In this document: positions 19,443 to 29,343 of the stretch, piece by piece
Layout: each line of letters begins with the position of its first letter
Position numbering within the stretch: position 1 is the first letter of the stretch
Assembly: GCA_963717145.1 (NCBI GenBank)
Contig: OY970325.1
Coordinates: 3,072,001-3,136,000, forward strand
Source: an uncultured Armatimonadetes bacterium
GTDB lineage: Bacteria > Armatimonadota > UBA5829 > DTJY01
Reading direction: 5' to 3'
Length of the DNA: 64,000 nucleotides
Made by a program: the position numbers and the translations under genes
The notes under the pieces: generated by a model
What the model was told of the DNA's origin: nothing
Database searches by the model: none
Seen by the model: the letters and a program-made list of their open reading frames with translations, nothing else

Positions 19443-21239
19443 ATGAAGCGATCTGTGCTCGTACTCTGCATGCTGGCTATGATTGGAATGGATGCGCTCT
19501 CCGCATCTGAGCCTGCAGACGCGCGCCTGGATCAGAAGGTCACGATCGAGTCCATCGGGACGCCGCTGGGCGACTTCCTCAGAGATGTCTCGGCGCAGAC
19601 AGGCGTCCGGTTCAGCGCGCGGAAAGACGCGTCCGACATCAAGATCGCCGTCTTCATCAAGGATGTGCCGCTATCATCGCTACGAGACGCCCTCAAGGAT
19701 TGCCTGCACCTCCAGTGTACGCGCGAGGGCAAGAAGGACGAGTGGACGTACAGCTTCTGGGAGGATCTGAAGACGAAGCAGGCGGCCGAGCAGCTCAAGC
19801 AGGAGGAAATCAAGAAGCTTCGGGCATTCATCGAGAAGCTGATCAAGCAGGCTGACGATATCGAGGCCGAGGGAAAGGAGCCGGTAGAGTTTGCGAAGGA
19901 GATCGGCGCGCTGAGCCTCGAGAAGAAAGAGCAGTTCATCCACGGGAGCCCGGAGCGCTATGCCGCGGCGATGGCATTTGCAGCCGATGGAACGCTCCCG
20001 GCGATCACAGCGTACTCGGCCCTTAGTCAGGCTCAGGTACGGGCGTTGTGGGCCGGAGAGAAGGTGACGATCCGCAGCGCAGATATGTCTCCCGAACTCG
20101 GACAGAGGTTCGACAAGAGACTGGAGCCCTGGATAAGGCATATGCTCAGTCTGGGCAGTTGGGGCGGCCAGGACGTTGCACCCGCAGACCCTGGTGAGAC
20201 CGGCCAGGTGGTATTCAGCATTGGAGAGAGCGAGTGGAACAACAAGCCGAGCCTGAAATACATGTTCGGCAACGGCGGTTCGTCCCTGACCGTGCCACTG
20301 GAGGAGAAGACCAATCCGCCTCAGGAAGATGTGGGCAGCGAAGCAGATAGCAGACCGGACCTCAGGCTGAAGGATGCATACACGTCTACCTGCTATCAGG
20401 TCATGGAGCAGGCGCACGATCTGACCGACGTGGGCATCGTCTCGGACTACTACACGCGCCTCGACCAGAAGAGCATCATGCCCAACATAACCGCAGGGAA
20501 CTTCCGGCCGTTCAAGACAGGCGATGACGTCCTGCGACAAGTGGCCGTTGATACGGAGTGCGATCTCGGCGCTATGGGCGAGATTCGGCTGATCTCACGG
20601 AAGACATGGCCTGGCGACCGCGACCGAGAGATCCCCGAGCGACTTCTGGTTAAGTGGCGGAAGGCCCGGAAGGATTACGGCGGAGCCCGCATCGAGGAGG
20701 CGTTAGAGATGGCCGGCCTCAGCCGCCTCCAACTCGGGGACCTGGACATGTACAAGACCGGTTACGGGGAGTCGATCATCGCAGGCGGCCACATGGCGCT
20801 ACGGATGGCCGCCTCGCTCAGCGCCGGCCAGTGGCAGGCGGCCATGACGGAGCAAGGTCTCCCAACTGCGGGCATGAGCAACGCTCAGTTGGCGCTGATT
20901 CAGTCTTGGGCGAAGGCATCGGAGGAGTACGGCTCGTCCACCAGACTGAGCGACGAGTTGAGCGATCCCCAGAGACTGAGATCATGCCTCTTCAAGGTCA
21001 GGTACAGGGGTCCTGGCGGCAAGAACGACGTCCAGGGCCGGTGGGAGTTCGAACTATACCCGCCGAGCTACTACGAAGCAATCAGGAAGGGCGCATCAGA
21101 GGCGACAAGCAAGGATCAGGGGTTCGCCGTGCCGTCGCCCGAATGCCGTGGATACATCCGCCTGGCGGACCTGAATCAGGGGCGTGGCTGGCCGTCGCCA
21201 TCGGACGAGAAGGGAGAAGATACACAAGCGTCTAAGTAG
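19443..21239 (+). CDS. Secreted protein with N-terminal STN-like domain; paralog of 276..1880
   Basis: Signal peptide, DARLDQKVT...GTPLG...QTGV, GIVSDYY, DRDREIP. Confidence 0.65.
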   Translation: MKRSVLVLCMLAMIGMDALSASEPADARLDQKVTIESIGTPLGDFLRDVSAQTGVRFSARKDASDIKIAVFIKDVPLSSLRDALKDCLHLQCTREGKKDEWTYSFWEDLKTKQAAEQLKQEEIKKLRAFIEKLIKQADDIEAEGKEPVEFAKEIGALSLEKKEQFIHGSPERYAAAMAFAADGTLPAITAYSALSQAQVRALWAGEKVTIRSADMSPELGQRFDKRLEPWIRHMLSLGSWGGQDVAPADPGETGQVVFSIGESEWNNKPSLKYMFGNGGSSLTVPLEEKTNPPQEDVGSEADSRPDLRLKDAYTSTCYQVMEQAHDLTDVGIVSDYYTRLDQKSIMPNITAGNFRPFKTGDDVLRQVAVDTECDLGAMGEIRLISRKTWPGDRDREIPERLLVKWRKARKDYGGARIEEALEMAGLSRLQLGDLDMYKTGYGESIIAGGHMALRMAASLSAGQWQAAMTEQGLPTAGMSNAQLALIQSWAKASEEYGSSTRLSDELSDPQRLRSCLFKVRYRGPGGKNDVQGRWEFELYPPSYYEAIRKGASEATSKDQGFAVPSPECRGYIRLADLNQGRGWPSPSDEKGEDTQASK

Positions 21240-21279
21240 GATGCCGACAGAGCTTTTCGACATCATCGGAGGTTTCACC

Positions 21280-22311
21280 ATGAGAAGACTGACCGGCATT
21301 TGTGCGCTTTCCGCACTTCTACTCACTGTCTGCTTCGCCGAATCCGCCGGCCCGAAGCTTTGGGAAGTCAAGACCACCCCCCAGCTACTCTCGGCCGCCG
21401 CGAAGGTCGGTAAGGACGGCGGAACCATCCGCCTGGCAACCGGCCAGTATGTCATCACCAAGCCCATCGTCTTCAAGGGCATGAACCGCATCAACATCGT
21501 CGGCACGGGCTGGGACGTAAACATCCTGATGTCCGGCAAGGGCGACGCATTAGTCTTCGAGGACTGCGGCCACTGCTGCGTGAGAGACCTGATGATCACC
21601 GGCAGCAAGGACGCGGGCTCGGGGATAGTCTTCAAGGGCGCATGCGGATCGGACACCGTCGACTTCTGCCGGATCGCTGTGTTCCCGGTGAGCGGAATCC
21701 GCTTCGAGGGTCCGGAGAAGAGCGCGCAGTCGTCCAACACCGTCAGCCGATGCCACTTCATCGGCAACCTGCAGGATCAGCTCTACAGCCTCAACAACAA
21801 CGACTTCTACATCCTGCAGAACCAGTTCGGCACGCACGGCGGCACCCCGAAGACCGGCGTTCGGCTCGACCATTCGTCCGCCGGAACGTACTCCTTGAAC
21901 TACCACTGGGGCAACGAGGTCGCGCTCAGAATGGGTCCGCACTCCCATTTCAACCGCATCGAGAACAACCGCTTCGAGAACTCGCTCAAGGAGGGCGTGA
22001 TCATCGGCGGGCCGGAACCCTGGTCGTGCATGATGACCATCTTCACCGGCAACACCGTCCACACCAACTCGGAGTCGGAGTTCGGCAAGTACCCAGCGGT
22101 TACCGCCACCAACGCTACGAGCACGACCTTCACCTCCAACCAGGTTTTCAGTTGGAACGCGGGCACGGCTAAGCACAGCTCGAGCCTGATCGTCGGAGCC
22201 GGGTGTCGTGGCTGGATCGTGAAGGACAACATCTTCGCCCACAACACCGGCAAGTCGCTGATCTACGATGAGAACAGCGGCCACATCGTGAAGGACAACA
22301 TCACGGACTGA
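21280..22311 (+). CDS. Secreted right-handed parallel beta-helix protein
   Basis: Signal peptide; GGTIRLATGQY; repeated N-x-I-x-x-N strands (NRIENNRFEN, FTGNTVHTN, VKDNIF). Confidence 0.8.
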   Translation: MRRLTGICALSALLLTVCFAESAGPKLWEVKTTPQLLSAAAKVGKDGGTIRLATGQYVITKPIVFKGMNRINIVGTGWDVNILMSGKGDALVFEDCGHCCVRDLMITGSKDAGSGIVFKGACGSDTVDFCRIAVFPVSGIRFEGPEKSAQSSNTVSRCHFIGNLQDQLYSLNNNDFYILQNQFGTHGGTPKTGVRLDHSSAGTYSLNYHWGNEVALRMGPHSHFNRIENNRFENSLKEGVIIGGPEPWSCMMTIFTGNTVHTNSESEFGKYPAVTATNATSTTFTSNQVFSWNAGTAKHSSSLIVGAGCRGWIVKDNIFAHNTGKSLIYDENSGHIVKDNITD

Positions 22312-22352
22312 CCGCACTGGCGCGACGCCAACCATCCTGCTACAATAGCCGC

Positions 22353-22922
22353 ATGAGAGACTTCATCGTCACCGTGATGGCGCGGGACCGGGTGGGGATC
22401 GTGCGGGATGTCAGTTCGGCCCTCGCGGGACTCGGGGGGAACATCACGAACCTGAGCCAGACGGTCGTGCGCGAGTACTTCACGCTCATCATCTCCGTCG
22501 AGATGCCCGACGAGCACACTGAGCCCGAGATCCGAGAGGCGGTCGCGGGCAGTGGTGCGCCCGGTGAGATTGAGGTCGGGGTGAAGCCATTCCACGAGGC
22601 GGCGGAGGTCAGCAAGGTCGGGACGGAGCCGTTCACCCTGACGATGCAGGGAAGGGACCGGCCCGGGATCATCGCGCGGACGACCTCCTACCTCGCCGAG
22701 CGCGGCATCAATATTGACGACTTCTACTCCTACGTACACGATGGCATCCTCCTCATGCTGGCGGAGGTGTCGATACCCACGGGGATCGATGTCGAGGCGG
22801 TTCAGGCCGGATTGGAGGGCGTCGGCGGCGAGTTCGGGCTGATAGTCCACCTCCAGCACGAGAACATCTTCCGCGCAACAAGCGACGTGCGACCGGTCGG
22901 GGGAATGGTGGGAGATGGTTGA
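22353..22922 (+). CDS. Tandem ACT-domain protein (GcvR-like)
   Basis: ARDRVGIV...GGNITNLSQT and GRDRPGII...GINIDD; usual partner of DUF711. Confidence 0.85.
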   Translation: MRDFIVTVMARDRVGIVRDVSSALAGLGGNITNLSQTVVREYFTLIISVEMPDEHTEPEIREAVAGSGAPGEIEVGVKPFHEAAEVSKVGTEPFTLTMQGRDRPGIIARTTSYLAERGINIDDFYSYVHDGILLMLAEVSIPTGIDVEAVQAGLEGVGGEFGLIVHLQHENIFRATSDVRPVGGMVGDG

Positions 22923-22993
22923 TGGTTTATGGTTAATGGGGGATGGAGATCTGCTCCCCCATTGACCATCAGCCATGAACCATCAACCATTCC
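22901..22993. repeat. ATGGTTG-heptamer hairpin element, copy 4 (overlaps ACT gene end)
   Basis: GGGAATGGTGGGAGATGGTTGATGGTTTATGGTTAATGGGG...CCCCATTGACCATCAGCCATGAACCATCAACCATTCC; contains the TGA stop at 22920-22922. Confidence 0.88.
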
Positions 22994-23005
22994 GAAAGGT
23001 TTTCC

Positions 23006-24374
23006 ATGGGTCGAGAAGAGACTTTCCAACTGATAGATATGCTCCAGAACGAGCACCTGGACGTGCGCGCGGTGAACATGGGGATCGACCTGTTCGACTG
23101 CGCGGACCGGGATATCGAGCGCGTCTGCCGGCTCGTCCGGGAGAAGATCGTGCGGTATGCCTCTCCGCTCGTCGGCGCGTGCGACTCGATCGGGCGGCGC
23201 TACGGCATCCCGATCGTCAACAAGCGCGTGGCGGTCAGCCCGATCGCCGATGTCATGGCCGGGCATGACCGGGATGCGCTCCTCCAGCTTGCCCACGCCC
23301 TCGATGAGGCCGCCGAGGACGCCGGGATCGACATCATCGGCGGCTACTCGGCACTCGTCCAGAAGGGGATGAGCGACGGCGACCGGAGCCTCATCGAGAG
23401 CCTGCCCGAGGTGCTCTCCCAGACATCGAGGCTCTGCGCATCGGTCAACGCCGCGAGCACGAAGGCGGGGATCAACGTCGAGGCGCTGCTCCTCCTCGGT
23501 CGAATCGTCGCTCGATATCGCCGCTCGGACCGCCGAGCACGACGGATTCGGCTGCTGCAAGCTCAGCGTCTTCGCCAATATCCCCGAGGACAATCCGTTC
23601 ATGGCGGGCGCGTACAAGGGCATCGGCGAGCCGGAGACGGTCATCAACATCGGGGTCAGCGGGCCGGGGGTCGTGAAGCGCGCCATCGAGCGGCTGAGGG
23701 AGACGACACCCGACTGCACGCTGGGCGACATTGCCGAGCAGATCAAGAGCACCGCGTTCCGAGTCACCCGCTGTGGCGAACTGATCGGTCGTGAGGTCGC
23801 GAGGGCAGTCGGCGCGGAATTCGGGATCGTTGACCTCTCGCTCGCCCCCACCCCGGCGGTCGGTGACAGCGTCGGCGAGATATTCCAGGCGATGGGGATT
23901 CCGTGCATCGGCGGGCCGGGCACGACCGCGGCGCTCGCGATGCTCAACGATGCCGTCAAGAAGGGCGGATCGTTCGCGTCTTCGTCGGTCGGCGGGCTCT
24001 CCGGCGCGTTCATCCCGGTCGCGGAGGACTCGGCGCTCGCGAAGGCGGTCGAGGACGGGCATCTTCGACTGGAGAAGCTCGAGGCGATGACGAGCGTCTG
24101 CTCGGTCGGGCTCGACATGATCGCGCTCCCCGGCGACACGACCGCCGAGACGCTGACGGCGATCGCGATGGACGAGCTGGCGATCGGCGTGATCAACCGG
24201 AAGACGACCTCGGTTCGCCTGATCCCGGTCCCGGGCAAGAAGGCGGGCGACCGCGCGGTCTTCGGCGGGCTCTTCGGCGAGAGCCCGATCCTGGCGGTCC
24301 CGAACCACACCTCGGACGCCTTCGTCTCCCTCGGCGGCCGGATTCCGGCCCCGCTCACGAGTTTGAATAACTGA
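23006..24374 (+). CDS. PFL-like DUF711/UPF0210 protein; frameshift near 23510
   Basis: [25 protein letters not shown]; shifted frame gives [46 protein letters not shown]. Confidence 0.9.
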
Positions 24375-24403
24375 TTCATCGCTATCAGGTTAGGAGGTGG
24401 CAG

Positions 24404-25279
24404 ATGCCAGCTGAAAATGCGATTGACCGGTTGATTGGTGAGGGCGAGCAGATCAAGTCGGATATTGACTGTCTGATAGCCTTCTGGCCAACCGATGACG
24501 GCACACCGACGGGATGGCCTAAGGATCGAGAGCAGTTGGGCGTATTCGACAAGGAGCGGCTGAGAGAGTTACGGATACGCTTGAGGAGTTGGCAGAACCT
24601 GATCTACCAAGAGATCCGCGACAGGACTCCATATGATGCGGAGTCCATCAGAGGACTGTTCGACAGGGTAGAGGATGTGGCGGAATTCGATGTGTTTGGC
24701 ATTTCCAAGGAGGTCCAGGATCGGATGACAAACACGGGTGGAGTGAAGGACCCCGCCAAGGCAATGGCTCAGGAACGGGTAGACAAGATCATTGATTTGA
24801 TTCGATCAGTTCCAGAGAGATCAGAAGCTGATGTTCCGACATCTGGGACTGAGCAGGTTCAGGTGCAGCCAGCGTCCAGACCGAACACTGCTTTCATCCT
24901 AATGTGGATGGACAGGACGAATGCTGAGTTGGACGACATCTGCAATGGGATCAAGGAAGTATGCGGACGATTTGAAGTCAAGGCGCTGAGAGCGGATGAT
25001 GTGGAGCACCAGGAGTTGATAACTGATGTGATCCTCGATCATATCCAGCACTCAGAGATACTCATAGCCGACCTCACCGGTGAACGTCCGAATGTTTACT
25101 ACGAGGTGGGGTACGCTCATGCTCTGCAGAAGCGTCCAGTCCTGTGCCGAAAGGCCGGTACGCACCTTCACTTCGACATCGCTGGCTACAATGTCATCGA
25201 ATATAGAAACATAACAGAGCTGAAGACTCAGCTTGAGAACCGTCTCACAGCCATGACAGGTCGCAATCCCTCTGTCTAG
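24404..25279 (+). CDS. Protein with C-terminal nucleoside 2-deoxyribosyltransferase/TIR-like domain
   Basis: AFILM, RADD, IADLTGERPNVYYEVGYAHAL, HFDI; AGGAGG RBS; visibly more AT-rich than flanks. Confidence 0.75.
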   Translation: MPAENAIDRLIGEGEQIKSDIDCLIAFWPTDDGTPTGWPKDREQLGVFDKERLRELRIRLRSWQNLIYQEIRDRTPYDAESIRGLFDRVEDVAEFDVFGISKEVQDRMTNTGGVKDPAKAMAQERVDKIIDLIRSVPERSEADVPTSGTEQVQVQPASRPNTAFILMWMDRTNAELDDICNGIKEVCGRFEVKALRADDVEHQELITDVILDHIQHSEILIADLTGERPNVYYEVGYAHALQKRPVLCRKAGTHLHFDIAGYNVIEYRNITELKTQLENRLTAMTGRNPSV

Positions 25280-25318
25280 ACCTGTTCGTATTGTATCAAG
25301 GAGAAGGATGAGGCGTCC

Positions 25319-25579
25319 ATGCGCAAGTATGTGATCCGAGGAGAAGGCAAGATCCTGCCGAATCATGAACTGGTGATCAAGGTTCCGGACGAGATCCCAG
25401 AGGGAGTCTACCCCTACTCGATCACCATCGAGCCTGTGCACAAGGAAACGGAGCAGGATCGCGCGAGAAGACGAACTGCGATTGCAGAGATGAAGGAGTT
25501 CGGAAAGGGCCGGAAGCTGGACGGACTCAGTATCCGAGAGATGATTGAGGATGGAAGAGAACCTGACGGCGGTCGTTGA
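25319..25579 (+). CDS. Small hypothetical protein, possible antitoxin
   Basis: 86 aa; C-terminal LDGLSIREMIEDGR resembles antitoxin tails. Confidence 0.5.
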   Translation: MRKYVIRGEGKILPNHELVIKVPDEIPEGVYPYSITIEPVHKETEQDRARRRTAIAEMKEFGKGRKLDGLSIREMIEDGREPDGGR

Positions 25580-25724
25580 GAAGCACGGGGAATGGTACGT
25601 GGCCTACATCAGGGAACTGCCCGGTGTGAACACCCAGGGCAGGACCGAAGAAGAGGCCCGCGCTAATCTGGACGATGCCCTGCGGGAGTTCCGCGCGGCC
25701 GACGTTGAGCAGACCAACACATAA
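25551..25724 (+). CDS. HicB-family antitoxin (short form; not in ORF track)
   Basis: MEENLTAVVEKHGEWYVAYIRELPGVNTQGRTEEEARANLDDAL. Confidence 0.8.
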   Translation: MEENLTAVVEKHGEWYVAYIRELPGVNTQGRTEEEARANLDDALREFRAADVEQTNT

Positions 25725-25748
25725 CGTCCAAACGAGGAGGTTTCAGGT

Positions 25749-26243
25749 ATGGTGTTACCGGATGTACTGGTGGAAGACCTCAGTGTGGTGTTCTGTGGCA
25801 CGGCAGTCGGACAGAGGTCGGCTGAGCGCAAAGCCTATTATGCAGGTCCGGGCAACCAGTTCTGGCCTACTCTGTGGGAAGTGGGTCTCACCCCCGTCAA
25901 GCTCCTGCCCGAGGAATATGCGATGTTGCCTCACTACGGGATCGGTCTTACCGATCTGGTAAAGATCAGTTCCGGCAGCGACCAATCTCTCATCAAGTCC
26001 CACTATGATGTTCCAGGATTCCGTGCCAAGATCGAGGCATACGCGCCAAGAGTAGTGGCTTTCAATGGCAAGAAGGCTGCAGAGACTGCGCTGGGCTGCA
26101 GTGTGGAGTACGGCAAGCAGTTAGCAGTGATCGGGACTTCAGAGGTGTGGGTGCTGCCGTCCACGTCCGGAGCAGCACGGGGGTTCTGGGATATCACGTA
26201 TTGGCAGCGACTGGCCGACTCACTTCAGAAAGGAAAGCCATGA
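25749..26243 (+). CDS. mug: Mismatch-specific uracil/thymine DNA glycosylase (MUG family)
   Basis: LPDVL, VVFCG, YYAGPGNQFW, GIGLTDLVK, AFNGK, LPSTSG. Confidence 0.88.
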   Translation: MVLPDVLVEDLSVVFCGTAVGQRSAERKAYYAGPGNQFWPTLWEVGLTPVKLLPEEYAMLPHYGIGLTDLVKISSGSDQSLIKSHYDVPGFRAKIEAYAPRVVAFNGKKAAETALGCSVEYGKQLAVIGTSEVWVLPSTSGAARGFWDITYWQRLADSLQKGKP

Positions 26244-26983
26244 GTTCAGAATACAGAACCCCTGACTGGGAGACATACCGCATGGACGTCCGGCAGCCGC
26301 ACGAGACGCTGGAGCCGGTCGAGCGGGAGATCGAGGTCGTCGATGCGGCGCTTCGGGCACTCGTGGAGGCAGGCATCATCCCGCACGCTGAGTACGATCA
26401 TGGCAAGTTCCTCGCTCACCGGCAGGCCGTACGCGACCTCTTCGAGATCCCCTGGACCGCGATCACTCCCCGCATGCAGCGGCTGATCTGGGCGATCAAC
26501 GCGATCACCAGGCCGAACAACATGATCGCCGCCGGGATCTACTGCGGCAACACGTTCATCTCGAACGCGGGAGCGGCGGTCGGGCCGGGCGCGTGCTACA
26601 CCGCCGAGAACCTGATCGGCATCGAGATCGAGCCCGAGGAGGCCGAGCGCGCCGAGCGGAACGTCCGGCGCATCGACCCCACGGGAGTCGCCCGGATAGT
26701 CGCCGCCGACGCCGTGGATGTCGTCCGTGACTTCGATGGCCGGATCGACCTGCTCTACCTCGACGCCGACGGCGCGGGCGGCAGGGGCAAGGGAGTCTAC
26801 CTCGACATCCTCGAGGCGTGCATCAACCGCATCAGGCCGGGGAGCATCGTCCTCGCCCACAACAGCGTGAATGCCGCCGAGCGCCTCCAGTTCTACCTCG
26901 ACTTCGTCCGCGACACCGCCAACATGCAGGCGTCCGTCAACGTCGTCTTCGACCCAGAGGGACTCGAAGTCTCCGTCCGCTAA
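26240..26983 (+). CDS. Class I SAM-dependent methyltransferase-fold protein
   Basis: IGIEIEPE, IDLLYLDAD, IRPGSIVLAHN; ATGA coupling with mug. Confidence 0.7.
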   Translation: MSSEYRTPDWETYRMDVRQPHETLEPVEREIEVVDAALRALVEAGIIPHAEYDHGKFLAHRQAVRDLFEIPWTAITPRMQRLIWAINAITRPNNMIAAGIYCGNTFISNAGAAVGPGACYTAENLIGIEIEPEEAERAERNVRRIDPTGVARIVAADAVDVVRDFDGRIDLLYLDADGAGGRGKGVYLDILEACINRIRPGSIVLAHNSVNAAERLQFYLDFVRDTANMQASVNVVFDPEGLEVSVR

Positions 26984-27027
26984 CAGCACATACGCCAATC
27001 CGGTATAATGGCGACGGAGGACGGACA

Positions 27028-29112
27028 ATGCTCAGATACTGGCTCCTCATACTCGCCATCGCGTCCTGTGCGATCGCATCCGCCGATGCACTGGATATCA
27101 AGCCCCCGATCCGCCATTTGTCGGACAAGTCGGGACCGGTCGGCAGGCGGATGCACTACCTGATGCTGCGTCAGTTCGGCGCCGATCTGCGGGAACAGCT
27201 CCCGAATTCCAGTCTGCCGCAGAAGTTCGTCAGCGCTCCCGACGGCACGCGGTATCGCGAACGCGATATCAGGCCGATCGTCTCACTGATCTCCGCGGGT
27301 GCGATCACGATGCGATACGGCGACTATGATCAGAAAGCGGCTGGGATATCACGTGAAGAGGCCGAGCGGGTTCTGGTCTCACTCATCCCTGATTTCGCCG
27401 CGCACCACGTGATCAACAACCCGGAGAAGAAGTCCTGGTGGTGGGGCGACGAATGGCAGTCGGCATTCTGGGCGGCTGAACTCGCCCGTGGCGCATGGAT
27501 TCTCCTCGACCGTCTCTCGCCTGAGACTCGCCGTGACGTCGCGCGGATGATCGAGTTCGAAGCCGACAGGTTCCTCGACGTCACCGCGCCGTTCAACGAG
27601 TTCCGGGATACCAAGGCGGAAGAGAACGCCTGGAACTCCCAGATCCTCGTCCTCGCGGCATGCATGCTCTCAGACCATCCGAATCGCGCCGGGTGGGAGA
27701 ACAAGGCCAGGGAGTATATGGTCACCGCCTTCGCCGCCCCGCAGGACCTGGGGCAGGACCGCATCATCGACGGCAAGCCGCTCAAGGACTGGCTCAGAGG
27801 GGCCAACCTCCACCGCGATTACACTCTCGAGAACCACAACATCTTTCACCTCGACTATCAGACTACATTCGGGCTGAGCGTGGCGAACGCCGTGGCCTAC
27901 GGACTCGCCGGACTCCCCGTGCCGGAATCCGCGCTGTTCAACGCGGCCAACTGCCGGGCCATCTCCGAGTTGTTCACGCTTCCCACCGGCTGCATGATGT
28001 ACCCCATGTCCACGGACTGGAGTCTGTACCGGAACGACGTCACCCTGCAGTCACAGAGCCCGGCGGGATTGCTCCCGGACCCCGTCGGCGCGCGGTGTCT
28101 GATCTGGGCGCTCGATTCCCTTCAGCGGGCGGACAAGCCGGGCCCGCCTCAGAACCTGTTCGGGTTCAGCTTCGAGTGCACGGGCCTGCACATCCTGTCC
28201 AACGCCTGGATGATCCACCGTCTGTATGGCGATGGAGCCGAGCCTGCGTCCCATGATGAGGCGCTCCGCCGTCTGAGCGGGACACGGCTCCTGCCGAACG
28301 GGCGCGTGATCGTCTGCCGCTCGATGAAGGGCATCGCCTCGTTCTCGTGGTTCAACACGGACAGGCAGTTCGGCGGGCTCGTCATGCCGATGTCGAGCGC
28401 CTACGCGACTACGGCCGGGGTACGGAGTCTGATCGGCACTATCGGCGGCAAGGTCGATCCCATCCGCATCGTCCGGCGGGAGATCGGTCCGATGTCCGGC
28501 GGCTTCTCCGTGGGGTTGAAGCTGGAGCGCGGGCCTGAGTATGCGGTGAAGGAACGCGTGATGATGCTTGCGCTCCCGGATGGGCGAGTCGTCTATGGCG
28601 AGTGGTTCGATCCCGCCACCGCGAAAGACGCGGGCGACATCCGAACCGGGCTGCTGTACGTGCAGGACAAACCCTTCTGGCTCGGGGACGACAAGCTGCG
28701 CATCGTGTATCCCCAGGGCATCTGGGAAGGCGATCCTGCCTCATGGGAGATGGATGGCGACAAGCTCCCATGGCTCAACATCGCCAACCGCCTCGGCATC
28801 GTCCTCCGGGGCGCGAAACGCATCAGCTACTCGGATCGCCAACTGGCCCTGAACAGCGTCAACGGCGGCGAATCCCCGGCTTGCATGATCGCCGTCTTCT
28901 ACCCCAACGCCGACCGGGATGCCACCATCCGGGCGAACGCCCAGGTCCGGGTTGAAACCCAAGCAGACGGATTGCTGCTCGTCGATCTCGGCGACACCGA
29001 GGTGATCTTCAATCCCACGGATCAGCCCGTAGACGTGACTCTCGACGGCGGATCAACCAGTCTCCGCCCCCTGCACGGCATGGCCGGGACGAAGTGCTCG
29101 ACACGCCGCTGA
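27028..29112 (+). CDS. Large secreted protein, possibly carbohydrate-active
   Basis: Signal peptide; WGDEWQSAFW, DTKAEENAWN, TLENHNIFHLDY; GGAGG RBS. Confidence 0.6.
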   Translation: MLRYWLLILAIASCAIASADALDIKPPIRHLSDKSGPVGRRMHYLMLRQFGADLREQLPNSSLPQKFVSAPDGTRYRERDIRPIVSLISAGAITMRYGDYDQKAAGISREEAERVLVSLIPDFAAHHVINNPEKKSWWWGDEWQSAFWAAELARGAWILLDRLSPETRRDVARMIEFEADRFLDVTAPFNEFRDTKAEENAWNSQILVLAACMLSDHPNRAGWENKAREYMVTAFAAPQDLGQDRIIDGKPLKDWLRGANLHRDYTLENHNIFHLDYQTTFGLSVANAVAYGLAGLPVPESALFNAANCRAISELFTLPTGCMMYPMSTDWSLYRNDVTLQSQSPAGLLPDPVGARCLIWALDSLQRADKPGPPQNLFGFSFECTGLHILSNAWMIHRLYGDGAEPASHDEALRRLSGTRLLPNGRVIVCRSMKGIASFSWFNTDRQFGGLVMPMSSAYATTAGVRSLIGTIGGKVDPIRIVRREIGPMSGGFSVGLKLERGPEYAVKERVMMLALPDGRVVYGEWFDPATAKDAGDIRTGLLYVQDKPFWLGDDKLRIVYPQGIWEGDPASWEMDGDKLPWLNIANRLGIVLRGAKRISYSDRQLALNSVNGGESPACMIAVFYPNADRDATIRANAQVRVETQADGLLLVDLGDTEVIFNPTDQPVDVTLDGGSTSLRPLHGMAGTKCSTRR

Positions 29113-29251
29113 AGTACATCCGAACGCCGCAATAAGGGGCGAGACCTCGCTAGGGAAAAGGTGTCTGGCCCATGCCGTGCTCATTGCGGAAACCGCCCCT
29201 CTGGCAAGTGGTGGGGAAAACGAAGGAGAGGCTTATCACGTGAACCCGAAG

Positions 29252-29278
29252 GAAGGAACAGATATCTCTATGTCGAAT
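29252..29278 (+). promoter_or_regulatory. Candidate SigH-like promoter
   Basis: GAAGGA-17 bp-GAAT. Confidence 0.3.
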
Positions 29279-29343
29279 GAGATAGCATGTCCCGTTCTTT
29301 GATTTGCCAGGAGAAATACGGCGCGGGACGCCAACAGGGATCT

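Noticed and set aside
22802-24379. Long antisense ORFs (also 52045..53472, 34816..36126, 55190..56365)
   Set aside because: They lie opposite well-supported genes; high GC makes such open frames common.
25319-25724. Complete HicAB toxin-antitoxin pair
   Set aside because: The upstream ORF lacks the HicA G-S-H motif, so only an orphan HicB is supported.
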